A stretch of 64,000 nt of DNA from Candidatus Wolfebacteria bacterium GW2011_GWB1_47_1 (GCA_001029635.1 CP011209.1:618435-682434), one strand, 5' to 3'. Positions 9,386-16,215 are shown, counted from the stretch's first letter. Translations and numbers: made by a program. The notes: generated from the sequence alone by a model not told the origin.

Positions 9386-10648
9386 ATGCATGGAGCATAT
9401 CACAAGGGAATAGCCCTTTACGTATTGGTCACGATCATGACAGGTTCTTTTGTTGTGGTTCGCGGAGCGGAAACGCCTCCAGAGATCAAGACAGCTATCG
9501 AAAAGAAACGTCAGGAAGAGCAAGAACTTGGCAATCAGATCAAGGCTGTACAGGGTGCGCTTGAAACGACCGCCGGTGAAAAACAGACGTTACAACGTGA
9601 ACTGACACAGATTAATAGTAACGTGAAACAACTTGACCTGGGTATCCGCTATAGTAAGACTGCCGCTGAAAAGCTCGGCTATGAGATACAAGATACACAG
9701 TATACCATTGAAGAATCGGAGGAACGGATCGAAATCCGTAAAAAGGATATTGCCGAGATGTTGAGACAGGTTCAGCAAAAGGATTATTCCGAAGGACCGC
9801 TCATGTCCATTTTAAAAGGTAAAAGTCTTACCGATGCCGTCGGTGAAATCCAGGCACTAATCGAATTTCAAGAGAATTTTTCCCAGGAGATTCGCGAGCT
9901 ACAGGGTTATACGGTCGAGCTCGATCAACACCTCAAGACCGCCGAAGAAAAGAAGCACCAGAAAGAGGTCGAGACCGAGAATTTTAAAAACAAAAAGGTT
10001 ATTCTCGATCAGACTAAACAATATCAGCAACAGCTACTTGCACAGACCAAAAACAAGGAGCAGATCTATCAGAACTCGCTTACCGAACTGAAGAAGAAAC
10101 AAGATCAGATCGATATCGAGATCGCACGTTTGGAATCCGAAGCGCGCAAGGATATTAACATTAGTGCATTGCCAAAGGTTGATACCGGACCGCTTATGAT
10201 GCCTGCGCAAGGAAGGCTTACGCAGGGGTATGGCGCTACGCCGTTCGCATTGCGTAGTTATGCCAGTAAGCGACACAATGGTATCGATATCGCTGCACCG
10301 ATCGGAACGCCGATCTATGCAGCGTCTGATGGGCGAGTCGTCGGGGTCGCTGATCAAGACTTATATTGTCGCAAAGGGGCCTATGGCAAATTTGTTGCCA
10401 TAACGCACTATAACGGATTGACCACGCTCTATGCCCATTTGTCCTTGTGGAAGGTCAGTGAAGGTCAAGAGGTAAAAAAAGGAGATGTAATCGGATATAT
10501 GGGTAGTACTGGATTTTCTACCGGATCACATCTGCATTTTACCGTGTATGCGACCCCAACGTTTAAGATAGCTCCTGCGGCGAAAAGCTGCGGACCGAAG
10601 ATGCCGTTTGGAGGGGATCTAAATCCGTTTGATTATTTGGCCAAATAA
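9386..10648 (+). CDS. M23 family metallopeptidase with long N-terminal coiled coil (EnvC-like)
   Basis: HNGIDIAAPIGTPIYAASDGRVV and GSTGFSTGSHLHF motifs. N-terminal TM segment plus a heptad-rich region. Confidence 0.85.
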   Translation: MHGAYHKGIALYVLVTIMTGSFVVVRGAETPPEIKTAIEKKRQEEQELGNQIKAVQGALETTAGEKQTLQRELTQINSNVKQLDLGIRYSKTAAEKLGYEIQDTQYTIEESEERIEIRKKDIAEMLRQVQQKDYSEGPLMSILKGKSLTDAVGEIQALIEFQENFSQEIRELQGYTVELDQHLKTAEEKKHQKEVETENFKNKKVILDQTKQYQQQLLAQTKNKEQIYQNSLTELKKKQDQIDIEIARLESEARKDINISALPKVDTGPLMMPAQGRLTQGYGATPFALRSYASKRHNGIDIAAPIGTPIYAASDGRVVGVADQDLYCRKGAYGKFVAITHYNGLTTLYAHLSLWKVSEGQEVKKGDVIGYMGSTGFSTGSHLHFTVYATPTFKIAPAAKSCGPKMPFGGDLNPFDYLAK

Positions 10649-10656
10649 AAACTTTT

Positions 10657-10782
10657 AAAAACCTCAAAAATTAGCGAACTGCGGCGTTACGGGGCCCAGT
10701 TGTGACAGGCGCCGTACACGTAAGTGCGTTTTCTGTTACAACTTTCCCGTGCCTCGCATTTCATCTAATTTTTGAGGTTTTT
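10657..10782 (+). other. 126-nt rod-like hairpin with 18-bp perfect terminal inverted repeats, followed by a T-run
   Basis: aaaaacctcaaaaattag (10657-10674) is the exact reverse complement of 10765-10782. Inner stems include agttgtgacag/ctgttacaact and acggg/cccgt. Confidence 0.7.
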
Positions 10783-10847
10783 TATTTTTATTCCGAAATG
10801 TTTTTAATATGACGAGTTGATATGTTGTCTGGTATACTTATATCCAT

Positions 10848-11018
10848 ATGACAGATCTCATCAATCAAATTTTTGACATTGCGAAAGGCATCGCGCGTGT
10901 CGTTGAAACAAGCCTTATCGGTCCGCTGACGATGATATTCAAGAGCCTTGGGTTGCTGTTTGTGAAGGTGTTTGAGCTGGGGCTCATGGCGGTCAAGTGG
11001 CTTATGGCTCAGCTATAA
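10848..11018 (+). CDS. Candidate 56-aa amphipathic/hydrophobic small protein, apparently leaderless
   Basis: TATACT at 10833-10838 is only 9 nt upstream of the ATG, with no SD. A clean hairpin terminator lies immediately downstream. The ORF is below the track cutoff. Confidence 0.35.
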   Translation: MTDLINQIFDIAKGIARVVETSLIGPLTMIFKSLGLLFVKVFELGLMAVKWLMAQL

Positions 11019-11020
11019 CA

Positions 11021-11049
11021 ACTGTAAAACAAAAAATTTGTTTTACAGT
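11021..11049 (+). terminator. Intrinsic terminator (ctgtaaaac...gttttacag)
   Basis: 9-bp stem followed by TTT. Confidence 0.6.
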
Positions 11050-11298
11050 TTGAAATTATTTTAAAACGGCGCGATGTATATATGCGTTGCAAATCATCCT
11101 GCGCGGAAGCATAGAGCCTTCAAGGGGATTTTTTGATGGTCTCATAATAAGATGTAATGCATATGATCGATGGATATTAGTGTATTGCATAAACTACCCA
11201 TATTATCTGTCGTGAAACCTTCATTTTGCGACAGATAATGTAGGACAAAAAAGCCCTTTCCTTTCGGATTGGGTCTTGTTTGTTTTACATTGGTATAT

Positions 11299-11727
11299 TT
11301 ATCTACCCCAACGATGTTTGGATGAGTTCCATGCCGACCATCCGATCTCTTCTTGAATAATAATGGCAAGCTCCAAACAATCTTTGTAATCGTTTTTATA
11401 ATCAAGATCCAGTCGTTGCGCCACGGCATCCCAGGACTCTTCGTTGATCTGTGCGAGACAATAGTCGCCCGTCTTCCGGTTGATCGCCTCCTGTTTCCAT
11501 TCCGATTCGGCCGAAATGACGCGATTCCACTGTTTGTACTCCTTGACGCCTACTTGCTGTATTAAATACACCTTTGCATCCTCTTGGGCGGTCAATGGGC
11601 GGAGTTGTACCGATCCTCCTGGTTTCGGTATCTCGTATTGAGCGATAGCGGTCATGGTATTGGATAATAATGTAGTCATTATCATCCCTATCAACGCGAC
11701 AAGCGCCTTTTTATTGTAGTGTTTCAT
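11299..11727 (-). CDS. Secreted lysozyme-like / lytic transglycosylase-like protein
   Basis: Signal peptide. AESEWKQEA...DYCLAQINEESW resembles the SLT-type catalytic Glu-Ser and GLxQI motifs. Start set at MKHYNKK. Confidence 0.55.
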   Translation of the reverse strand: MKHYNKKALVALIGMIMTTLLSNTMTAIAQYEIPKPGGSVQLRPLTAQEDAKVYLIQQVGVKEYKQWNRVISAESEWKQEAINRKTGDYCLAQINEESWDAVAQRLDLDYKNDYKDCLELAIIIQEEIGWSAWNSSKHRWGR

Positions 11728-11885
11728 AATCCGCGGTCTCACCCGCGCGTAGCACCTCGTGCAGCAATCTCCTTCACACGCTCATCTATTCAGTAGTTAT
11801 GGTTTAATTAAAGCATATTTATTATATCTTGTCAATATTTCGATACATGGGCGATTTTGCTATACTATTGCAAACTTATAACCGT

Positions 11886-12644
11886 ATGTATTACAAAACA
11901 GGAGAAGAATTCAAGGAAGTTTCTGGCTATGATCTTGAGCGCGGATGGTATCCTCGTGTGACAAAGATTTTGGAGATTAAATCAAAACCTGCATTGTATA
12001 AATTCTATGGAGAGCTTAGTAGTTTTGATGAGGGTGAGATAATCAAAGAAAAATCCGCTTCGGAAGGGACTATGGTGCATGAGGCATGTCAGGCAATTTT
12101 GCTTGGTCAATCCCCTTCTATTGATCCTTTGATTCAGCCGGCAGTTGACGCGTTTGTCTCCTTTATCGACCATACACCGATTCATACATCAGCTGATTTC
12201 ATCGAACGACGCATTATTAACCATGGCGAGCGGTATACCGGAACCATCGATGCATTAGCGTTGATCAATGGTAACTATGGTGTATTGGACATCAAAACGT
12301 CTCAGTCAATCTATCGCGACTACAACTTGCAGACAGCCGCGTATATGGGCGCACTTGAAAAACAATTTCCGAAGTTGCAAACCCGATGGATCTTACGTAT
12401 TGATCAGGCAAAAGAATGCAGCAAGTGTGGCGCATCGCTGCGACAGAAAGGCGGGCGTGATAAGGTGCGCGCCGGGTTTGGTAAAGGCGATCCGAAATGC
12501 GAGCACGAATGGTCCGAGATGAAGGGTTCTATTGAGTTGAAGGAATTTCCGTATTGGCAGAATGACTACAAGGCATTCCTTGCTGCAAAGAAACTTTGGG
12601 AATGGGAAAATGATTATTGGTTACGTCAGATCGGATATTTGTGA
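11886..12644 (+). CDS. PD-(D/E)XK superfamily nuclease (Cas4/RecB-like core) with Cys/His insertion
   Basis: GTIDAL...VLDIKTS...QTAAYM is the D, D/ExK and QxxxY pattern. Inserted CSKCG...CEHEW could bind zinc. Start moved to the ATG at 11886, downstream of TATACT. Confidence 0.6.
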   Translation: MYYKTGEEFKEVSGYDLERGWYPRVTKILEIKSKPALYKFYGELSSFDEGEIIKEKSASEGTMVHEACQAILLGQSPSIDPLIQPAVDAFVSFIDHTPIHTSADFIERRIINHGERYTGTIDALALINGNYGVLDIKTSQSIYRDYNLQTAAYMGALEKQFPKLQTRWILRIDQAKECSKCGASLRQKGGRDKVRAGFGKGDPKCEHEWSEMKGSIELKEFPYWQNDYKAFLAAKKLWEWENDYWLRQIGYL

Positions 12645-12684
12645 GAAGGAACGTAGGAAAAAGGAATAGGGAATAAGAAAAAAG

Positions 12685-12705
12685 AAGGCCCGCGTGTGCG
12701 GGCCT
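12685..12705. terminator. Bidirectional hairpin terminator (aaggcccgc gtgt gcgggcctt)
   Basis: Lies between convergent genes 11886..12644 (+) and 12725..13177 (-). Confidence 0.6.
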
Positions 12706-12724
12706 TTTAATTTGACTAGCTCTC

Positions 12725-13177
12725 TCAGTTCTTTTCGAACTTGCTCAAATCGAGCATTTTGAGGGCCATATCCAGGTAGCGGAGGTGTGGGGGGAAAATT
12801 CTTGACCGCATCGACCGCACCTTTTTCAACGTGAGAACGTGGACGATTTCAGTCACTCTCCCAGCCTCGTCCTCGTTTTGCTTCTTGAGCGTTTTTGGGA
12901 GGCGTGCTATCTGCGCCAGGAAGATCCCCGAGGTGTGTGTCGGTAGTACTCTAGGCTTGTCGATGAGTCGCATGTTCTCGGGTGCAACATGTACCCCGGT
13001 CTCCTCGTTAAGCTCCCGCTCGAAGCACTCCTCGAGTGAGTCGTCTTCGGGCTCCCCGTGTCCGCCCGGGAATTCGAGGCCACGCCCCTTTCCCGGCTTT
13101 TCGATGAACACGATCCCCTCCGGAGCGAGGACCATACCATACGCTCCGAATCTTCTTCCATCTGCTTGTTCTGCCAT
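12725..13177 (-). CDS. NUDIX hydrolase
   Basis: Nudix box GGHGEPEDDSLEECFERELNEETG. Confidence 0.85.
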   Translation of the reverse strand: MAEQADGRRFGAYGMVLAPEGIVFIEKPGKGRGLEFPGGHGEPEDDSLEECFERELNEETGVHVAPENMRLIDKPRVLPTHTSGIFLAQIARLPKTLKKQNEDEAGRVTEIVHVLTLKKVRSMRSRIFPPHLRYLDMALKMLDLSKFEKN

Positions 13178-13218
13178 TTCCTCGCTCCTTCGCTACATAA
13201 TTTGAAATCTTCTGGATT

Positions 13219-13248
13219 TATATAAACACTTTAATCACAATTTGTCAA
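13219..13248 (-). promoter_or_regulatory. Sigma70-like promoter for the NUDIX gene
   Basis: Minus strand TTGACA (13243-13248) -N18- TATATA (13219-13224), placed immediately after the upstream terminator T-run. Confidence 0.5.
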
Positions 13249-13253
13249 TATCT

Positions 13254-13277
13254 CAAAAAAGGAGCCTAGAGGCTCCT
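13254..13277 (-). terminator. Intrinsic terminator of the small-gene operon
   Basis: aggagcc taga ggctcct stem followed by T6 on the minus strand. Confidence 0.65.
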
Positions 13278-13287
13278 GTGTTTTTGC

Positions 13288-13743
13288 TTACGATTCGATC
13301 CATGAGGTTCTCCCGCGGAATGCATTACGCGGGAGGTCGTCCGGTAGGATGAGTGCCAATGCGAGGATCATATCGGCAATGTCATGCGCGAAGAAATCCA
13401 GTTCCGGTCCGCTCCAGCAAGGGTGTATGAAATCGGAGTCGAGGATCTTGAGCGTTTCTTGGAGTCTTTGTGCATTACCACCCCACCGTAGTAGCGCATT
13501 ATGTACCGTCACTGCGTCGCACACATTACGCGCAACGATGTATAGATGTTTTTCAGAAAACTTTTTGTCTGCTCGCTCGAGCGTGCGTGCCATTGTCTGC
13601 CCGCCCGTCAGGATGGATATCTCGCTTAACGCTCCCGTTTCGGAAACCTCTTTTTCCATTACCCTAACGAGGAATGCAATGATCTCTACGGCAAATAGAT
13701 CTGCCACGTATCCCCTTCCCATTGGTCCCAATTCGAATACCAT
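13288..13743 (-). CDS. Hypothetical protein (151 aa)
   Basis: AGGAGG lies upstream of the ATG at 13743; the ORF-track start at 13887 was rejected. Contains FFAHDIAD (an HD-like dipeptide), but no family is confidently recognised. Confidence 0.6.
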   Translation of the reverse strand: MVFELGPMGRGYVADLFAVEIIAFLVRVMEKEVSETGALSEISILTGGQTMARTLERADKKFSEKHLYIVARNVCDAVTVHNALLRWGGNAQRLQETLKILDSDFIHPCWSGPELDFFAHDIADMILALALILPDDLPRNAFRGRTSWIES

Positions 13744-13760
13744 GTGGTCGCCTCCTTTCT

Positions 13761-13976
13761 TTAGCAAAAGGTCGATCGAGTTGCTCGATGGAGATGCGTA
13801 TGTATTGGCGAGCCTTGTGTGATGACAATCGCCTTGATAAATACCTCTGCAACTTCTTCCGTTACGATATCGAGATCCCCCTCCCAATCCGGGTCGGCGT
13901 ATTTTTGGTCAAGCACCTTGATTATCATGGCTATCAGGTTTTGATTGCATGCGTATTCCGCCAATAGGACTTCCAT
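13761..13976 (-). CDS. Hypothetical small acidic protein (about 71 aa)
   Basis: In series with the flanking small genes. Weak SD (GAAGGG). Alternative start at 14009. Confidence 0.4.
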   Translation of the reverse strand: MEVLLAEYACNQNLIAMIIKVLDQKYADPDWEGDLDIVTEEVAEVFIKAIVITQGSPIHTHLHRATRSTFC

Positions 13977-14033
13977 ATCATACCCTTCGGTCGCCGTACC
14001 CACGCACATGACGAATGTGCCTACTTTTTTCTG

Positions 14034-14237
14034 TTACCCCTGTTGTTTTACGCGTGCTCCGATGATACCGTACTTATCCACAATGATTCGCACATTGCCA
14101 ATGGTTTCATCAGGGTCATCGTATGGCCTATCGGCAATGCGAGCCTCGAGTGATTCCAAAAGGGTTTCAATGCAGCTTTTTATAACCTCGGTTGGACTTG
14201 CGCCTCTGCGTTCTGTATCTGTCGAATCGGTACTCAT
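14034..14237 (-). CDS. Hypothetical small acidic protein (67 aa)
   Basis: GGGAGG SD upstream of the ATG. No family recognised. Confidence 0.5.
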   Translation of the reverse strand: MSTDSTDTERRGASPTEVIKSCIETLLESLEARIADRPYDDPDETIGNVRIIVDKYGIIGARVKQQG

Positions 14238-14292
14238 TCGCGCACCTCCCTAGAGAAATTGTCATTGTTCTGCCTTTAGTCTATCGATAAAC

Positions 14293-14475
14293 TTACCGCT
14301 GCGTCAATTCGCACCGGTTAATGATGATCGGGGCTCGCTCCCCATCCTTCCCGATAATAACGCCAAGTGCGAAGCTTAACGTAGTTGCCAGAATCAAGAG
14401 TCCAGCGACGGCGATTTTTTGTTTGTGCTGTCCAACGGTTGTTTTGTAGTAAAAAACCTGGTCGTTAATGGTCAT
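14293..14475 (-). CDS. Hypothetical single-TM small protein (60 aa)
   Basis: Central hydrophobic stretch IAVAGLLILATTLSFALGVII. First gene of the minus-strand small-gene series. Weak SD. Confidence 0.4.
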   Translation of the reverse strand: MTINDQVFYYKTTVGQHKQKIAVAGLLILATTLSFALGVIIGKDGERAPIIINRCELTQR

Positions 14476-14526
14476 ATGCCTTTATTCTATGCGGTTTACG
14501 TCTTCTTGCTGTGGCCTTCTGCCCCG

Positions 14527-14556
14527 TTGACAGAATGTTTTATTATACGGTATACT
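14527..14556 (+). promoter_or_regulatory. Sigma70-like promoter of rpmA
   Basis: TTGACA (14527-14532) -N18- TATACT (14551-14556). Confidence 0.55.
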
Positions 14557-14584
14557 GGGGTGTAACAAAAGTAATACAGATATT

Positions 14585-14628
14585 GATCATACGGCGCACG
14601 ACTCTGAACCGCCTTATGATCCTTTTTT
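14585..14628 (+). promoter_or_regulatory. Terminator-like hairpin plus T6 inside the rpmA 5' leader (candidate attenuator / ribosomal-protein leader)
   Basis: gatcatacggcg pairs with cgccttatgatc (11 of 12 bp, 13-nt loop), followed by TTTTTT at 14623-14628, 13 nt before the rpmA ATG. Confidence 0.5.
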
Positions 14629-14640
14629 CTCTCAGGATAT

Positions 14641-14934
14641 ATGGCACATACCAAAGCCAAGGGGTCTACTAAAAATGGCCGAGACTCCCAGGCACAACGA
14701 TTAGGAGTAAAGCGACAGCACGGCCAGACTGTCGGCGCAGGTGAGATCTTGATCCGCCAGCGTGGAACTAAATATTTGCCGGGTCTCAATGTTGCCCGCG
14801 CAAAGGATGACACCTTGTACGCGATGATCCCGGGAACCCTTCAGTTCTTGTCACGCACCAAGATTAAGTTTGACGGAAACAAGCGAAGCGTAAAAGTTTT
14901 GACCATTGTTCCGAAGACTGTTGTCGAGGCATAA
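14641..14934 (+). CDS. rpmA: 50S ribosomal protein L27
   Basis: [24 protein letters not shown]... is the canonical L27 N-terminus. Confidence 0.95.
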   Translation: MAHTKAKGSTKNGRDSQAQRLGVKRQHGQTVGAGEILIRQRGTKYLPGLNVARAKDDTLYAMIPGTLQFLSRTKIKFDGNKRSVKVLTIVPKTVVEA

Positions 14935-14945
14935 TGTGATATTAT

Positions 14946-14980
14946 GAAAAATCCGCCTTTCAGTTGATGGGCGGATTTTT
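14946..14980 (+). terminator. Intrinsic terminator of rpmA
   Basis: aaaaatccgcc...ggcggattttt. Confidence 0.7.
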
Positions 14981-15490
14981 GTGTCTTCATTTTCTTAAAA
15001 AACGTTTTCTGTACTTTTTCTGGAAAAAGTACCAAAAAGCCTGCGAGCGAAATAAAAAAGCGGAATGCCTTTAAAAATTCCTTACGAAGTCCGAGGGTGC
15101 GCCCGTTTATCAACGGGTCCCCGCACCTCGGATTCTGTGGGAATTTTTTGCGTTCATTCTGGTCGCTTTTTTACAGCTCGCGCCCGGATGTGAGGAGGTT
15201 TTCTTTGTCTATTTAATCCTTGTTTTTATATGATCGCAACATCGAATACGAGAATTTTTCTTCGTTCATTTATACTTTATTTTTACAACTCGCATTGGAA
15301 TGCGGGGAGATTTTCTTCGCCTATCTTCACGCCGTTTTTACATGCTCGCAGGTGCGAATGCGATTCAAGAATTTTTTTTGCCTTCATTGCGCAGCAGATT
15401 TTATTTTTCGTGTGCGCGTTGTCATCCGGCCCTTTATTTTTCATGCCGCTTGCCACGTGGAACATAATCATTTTTTTTATGTTGCTACCG
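14981..15490. repeat. Gene-free tract: degenerate tandem repeats (period 55-61 bp, about 6 units from 15142) preceded by three hairpins
   Basis: The motif TTTT(C)TTCG(Y)TCATT recurs at about 15142, 15198, 15253, 15309 and 15370. TTTTTACAnCTCGC(A) recurs at 15171, 15226, 15283 and 15338, each followed by a GAATGCG-like segment. Confidence 0.75.
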
Positions 15491-15491
15491 T

Positions 15492-15522
15492 AAAAAAAGA
15501 GCTGCGGCGTTGCAGCTCTTTC
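15492..15522 (-). terminator. Intrinsic terminator of gene 15556..16215
   Basis: agagctgc ggcgt gcagctct stem with a T7 run on the minus strand. Confidence 0.7.
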
Positions 15523-15555
15523 TGTGTCTACGGGATGTTTTTTAGTTATGCCGAT

Positions 15556-16215
15556 TTACGATGACATCGGCTGAATTTCTTCTCGTGAGGAATCCGGTCG
15601 CCTTCCGTACTTTACGTAGAGAAACACAAGCAACCGCGCAACGAGGGCCACCCCCAGCACCTCCATTAAGAAGGTAAGGCCACTTACGGTCGCCTGTTCT
15701 CCTAGAAACGATAAGCCACTGATAAGAACATACCCAAAGACCGCGCAGGTGGTGGCTCCGCATAACATGATCGATTTCAGGGTTTCGCAGAATATCGAAA
15801 ATAGCAGGAACACGGGCATGGAAATCAGGATTAACATGGTGATGAACCACTCCGGGCGATCCGATCGCTGCGGCTCCTTGAGCTTCGGGATGAAACGCCC
15901 ATCTTGATAGCTGTAGGTGATTTCGGTTATTTCCGTTATCTGCCTGAGCGGTAATCCGAATTGTAGATCTATCGCAACTTCTTTGCCGGTCCAGCTTGCT
16001 CCTTTTCCGAATTGCTTCAGTCGGTAGGCTGTTGCCAGAGGCAGGTCCTTTGGAACATCGTTGATCATCTCGATCACTCTTTCGCCTTGGCTCACCACTA
16101 CGGCGTTTTTTACCCGCTGAAAGGACAATTCCTGATCAGCCGCAGCTAAGGCAAAACCTGAAACAGGTATACTTACCAGCAAGATTGCCATCAAAATTAT
16201 TGTTCTCATCGCCAT
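15556..16215 (-). CDS. Hypothetical membrane protein (signal peptide, extracytoplasmic domain, 3-4 C-terminal TM segments)
   Basis: GGGAGGGG SD. Hydrophobic N-terminus and C-terminal TM stretches. No family recognised. Confidence 0.6.
   Translation of the reverse strand: MAMRTIILMAILLVSIPVSGFALAAADQELSFQRVKNAVVVSQGERVIEMINDVPKDLPLATAYRLKQFGKGASWTGKEVAIDLQFGLPLRQITEITEITYSYQDGRFIPKLKEPQRSDRPEWFITMLILISMPVFLLFSIFCETLKSIMLCGATTCAVFGYVLISGLSFLGEQATVSGLTFLMEVLGVALVARLLVFLYVKYGRRPDSSREEIQPMSS

Noticed and set aside
11142-11429. ORF 11142..11429 (-)
   Set aside because: It overlaps the 3' part of the lysozyme-like gene in another frame and runs through that gene's terminator and a separate hairpin (11203-11238). 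No SD is present.
13349-14253. Overlapping alternative-frame ORFs in the small-gene block: 13349..13822 (+), 13470..13667 (+), 13664..13852 (-), 13722..13967 (+) and 13945..14253 (+)
   Set aside because: These are opposite-strand or out-of-frame shadows in a GC-elevated region. The minus-strand series with SDs and a shared terminator explains the region better.
14496-14813. ORF 14496..14813 (-) and ORF 14841..15113 (-) overlapping rpmA
   Set aside because: They are antisense to the unambiguous L27 gene or run through its terminator. No translation signals are present.
15086-15135. RNase P / SRP / tmRNA-like RNA, prompted by GAAGTCCGAGGG resembling the GGAAAGUCCGGGC core
   Set aside because: Only a 7-8-nt resemblance was found. 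None of the other universally conserved segments of these RNAs is present nearby. No tRNA-like T-arm (GGTTCGAATCC) was found anywhere in the window.
14981-15490. CRISPR-array interpretation of the 55-61-bp periodic tract
   Set aside because: Both halves of each unit are homologous between units, so there are no unique spacers. The repeats are only loosely similar rather than near-identical. No cas genes or leader are present. It is better described as a degenerate tandem repeat.
10650-15560. dif (XerCD) site in the putative terminus zone
   Set aside because: I scanned by eye for CATAA-N6-TTATG-type 28-mers. The candidates (for example around 11141-11175 and the TGTAAAAA motifs of the repeat units read on the minus strand) do not match both arms, so I make no call without a profile search.
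15220-15564. ORF-track proteins 15220..15564 (+), 15230..15493 (+) and 15283..15471 (-) inside the repeat tract
   Set aside because: Two overlapping frames are open simultaneously in a T-rich, A-poor sequence, which is a compositional artefact. None has an SD or a plausible start, the translations are Phe/Cys-rich nonsense, and the ORFs run through a terminator.
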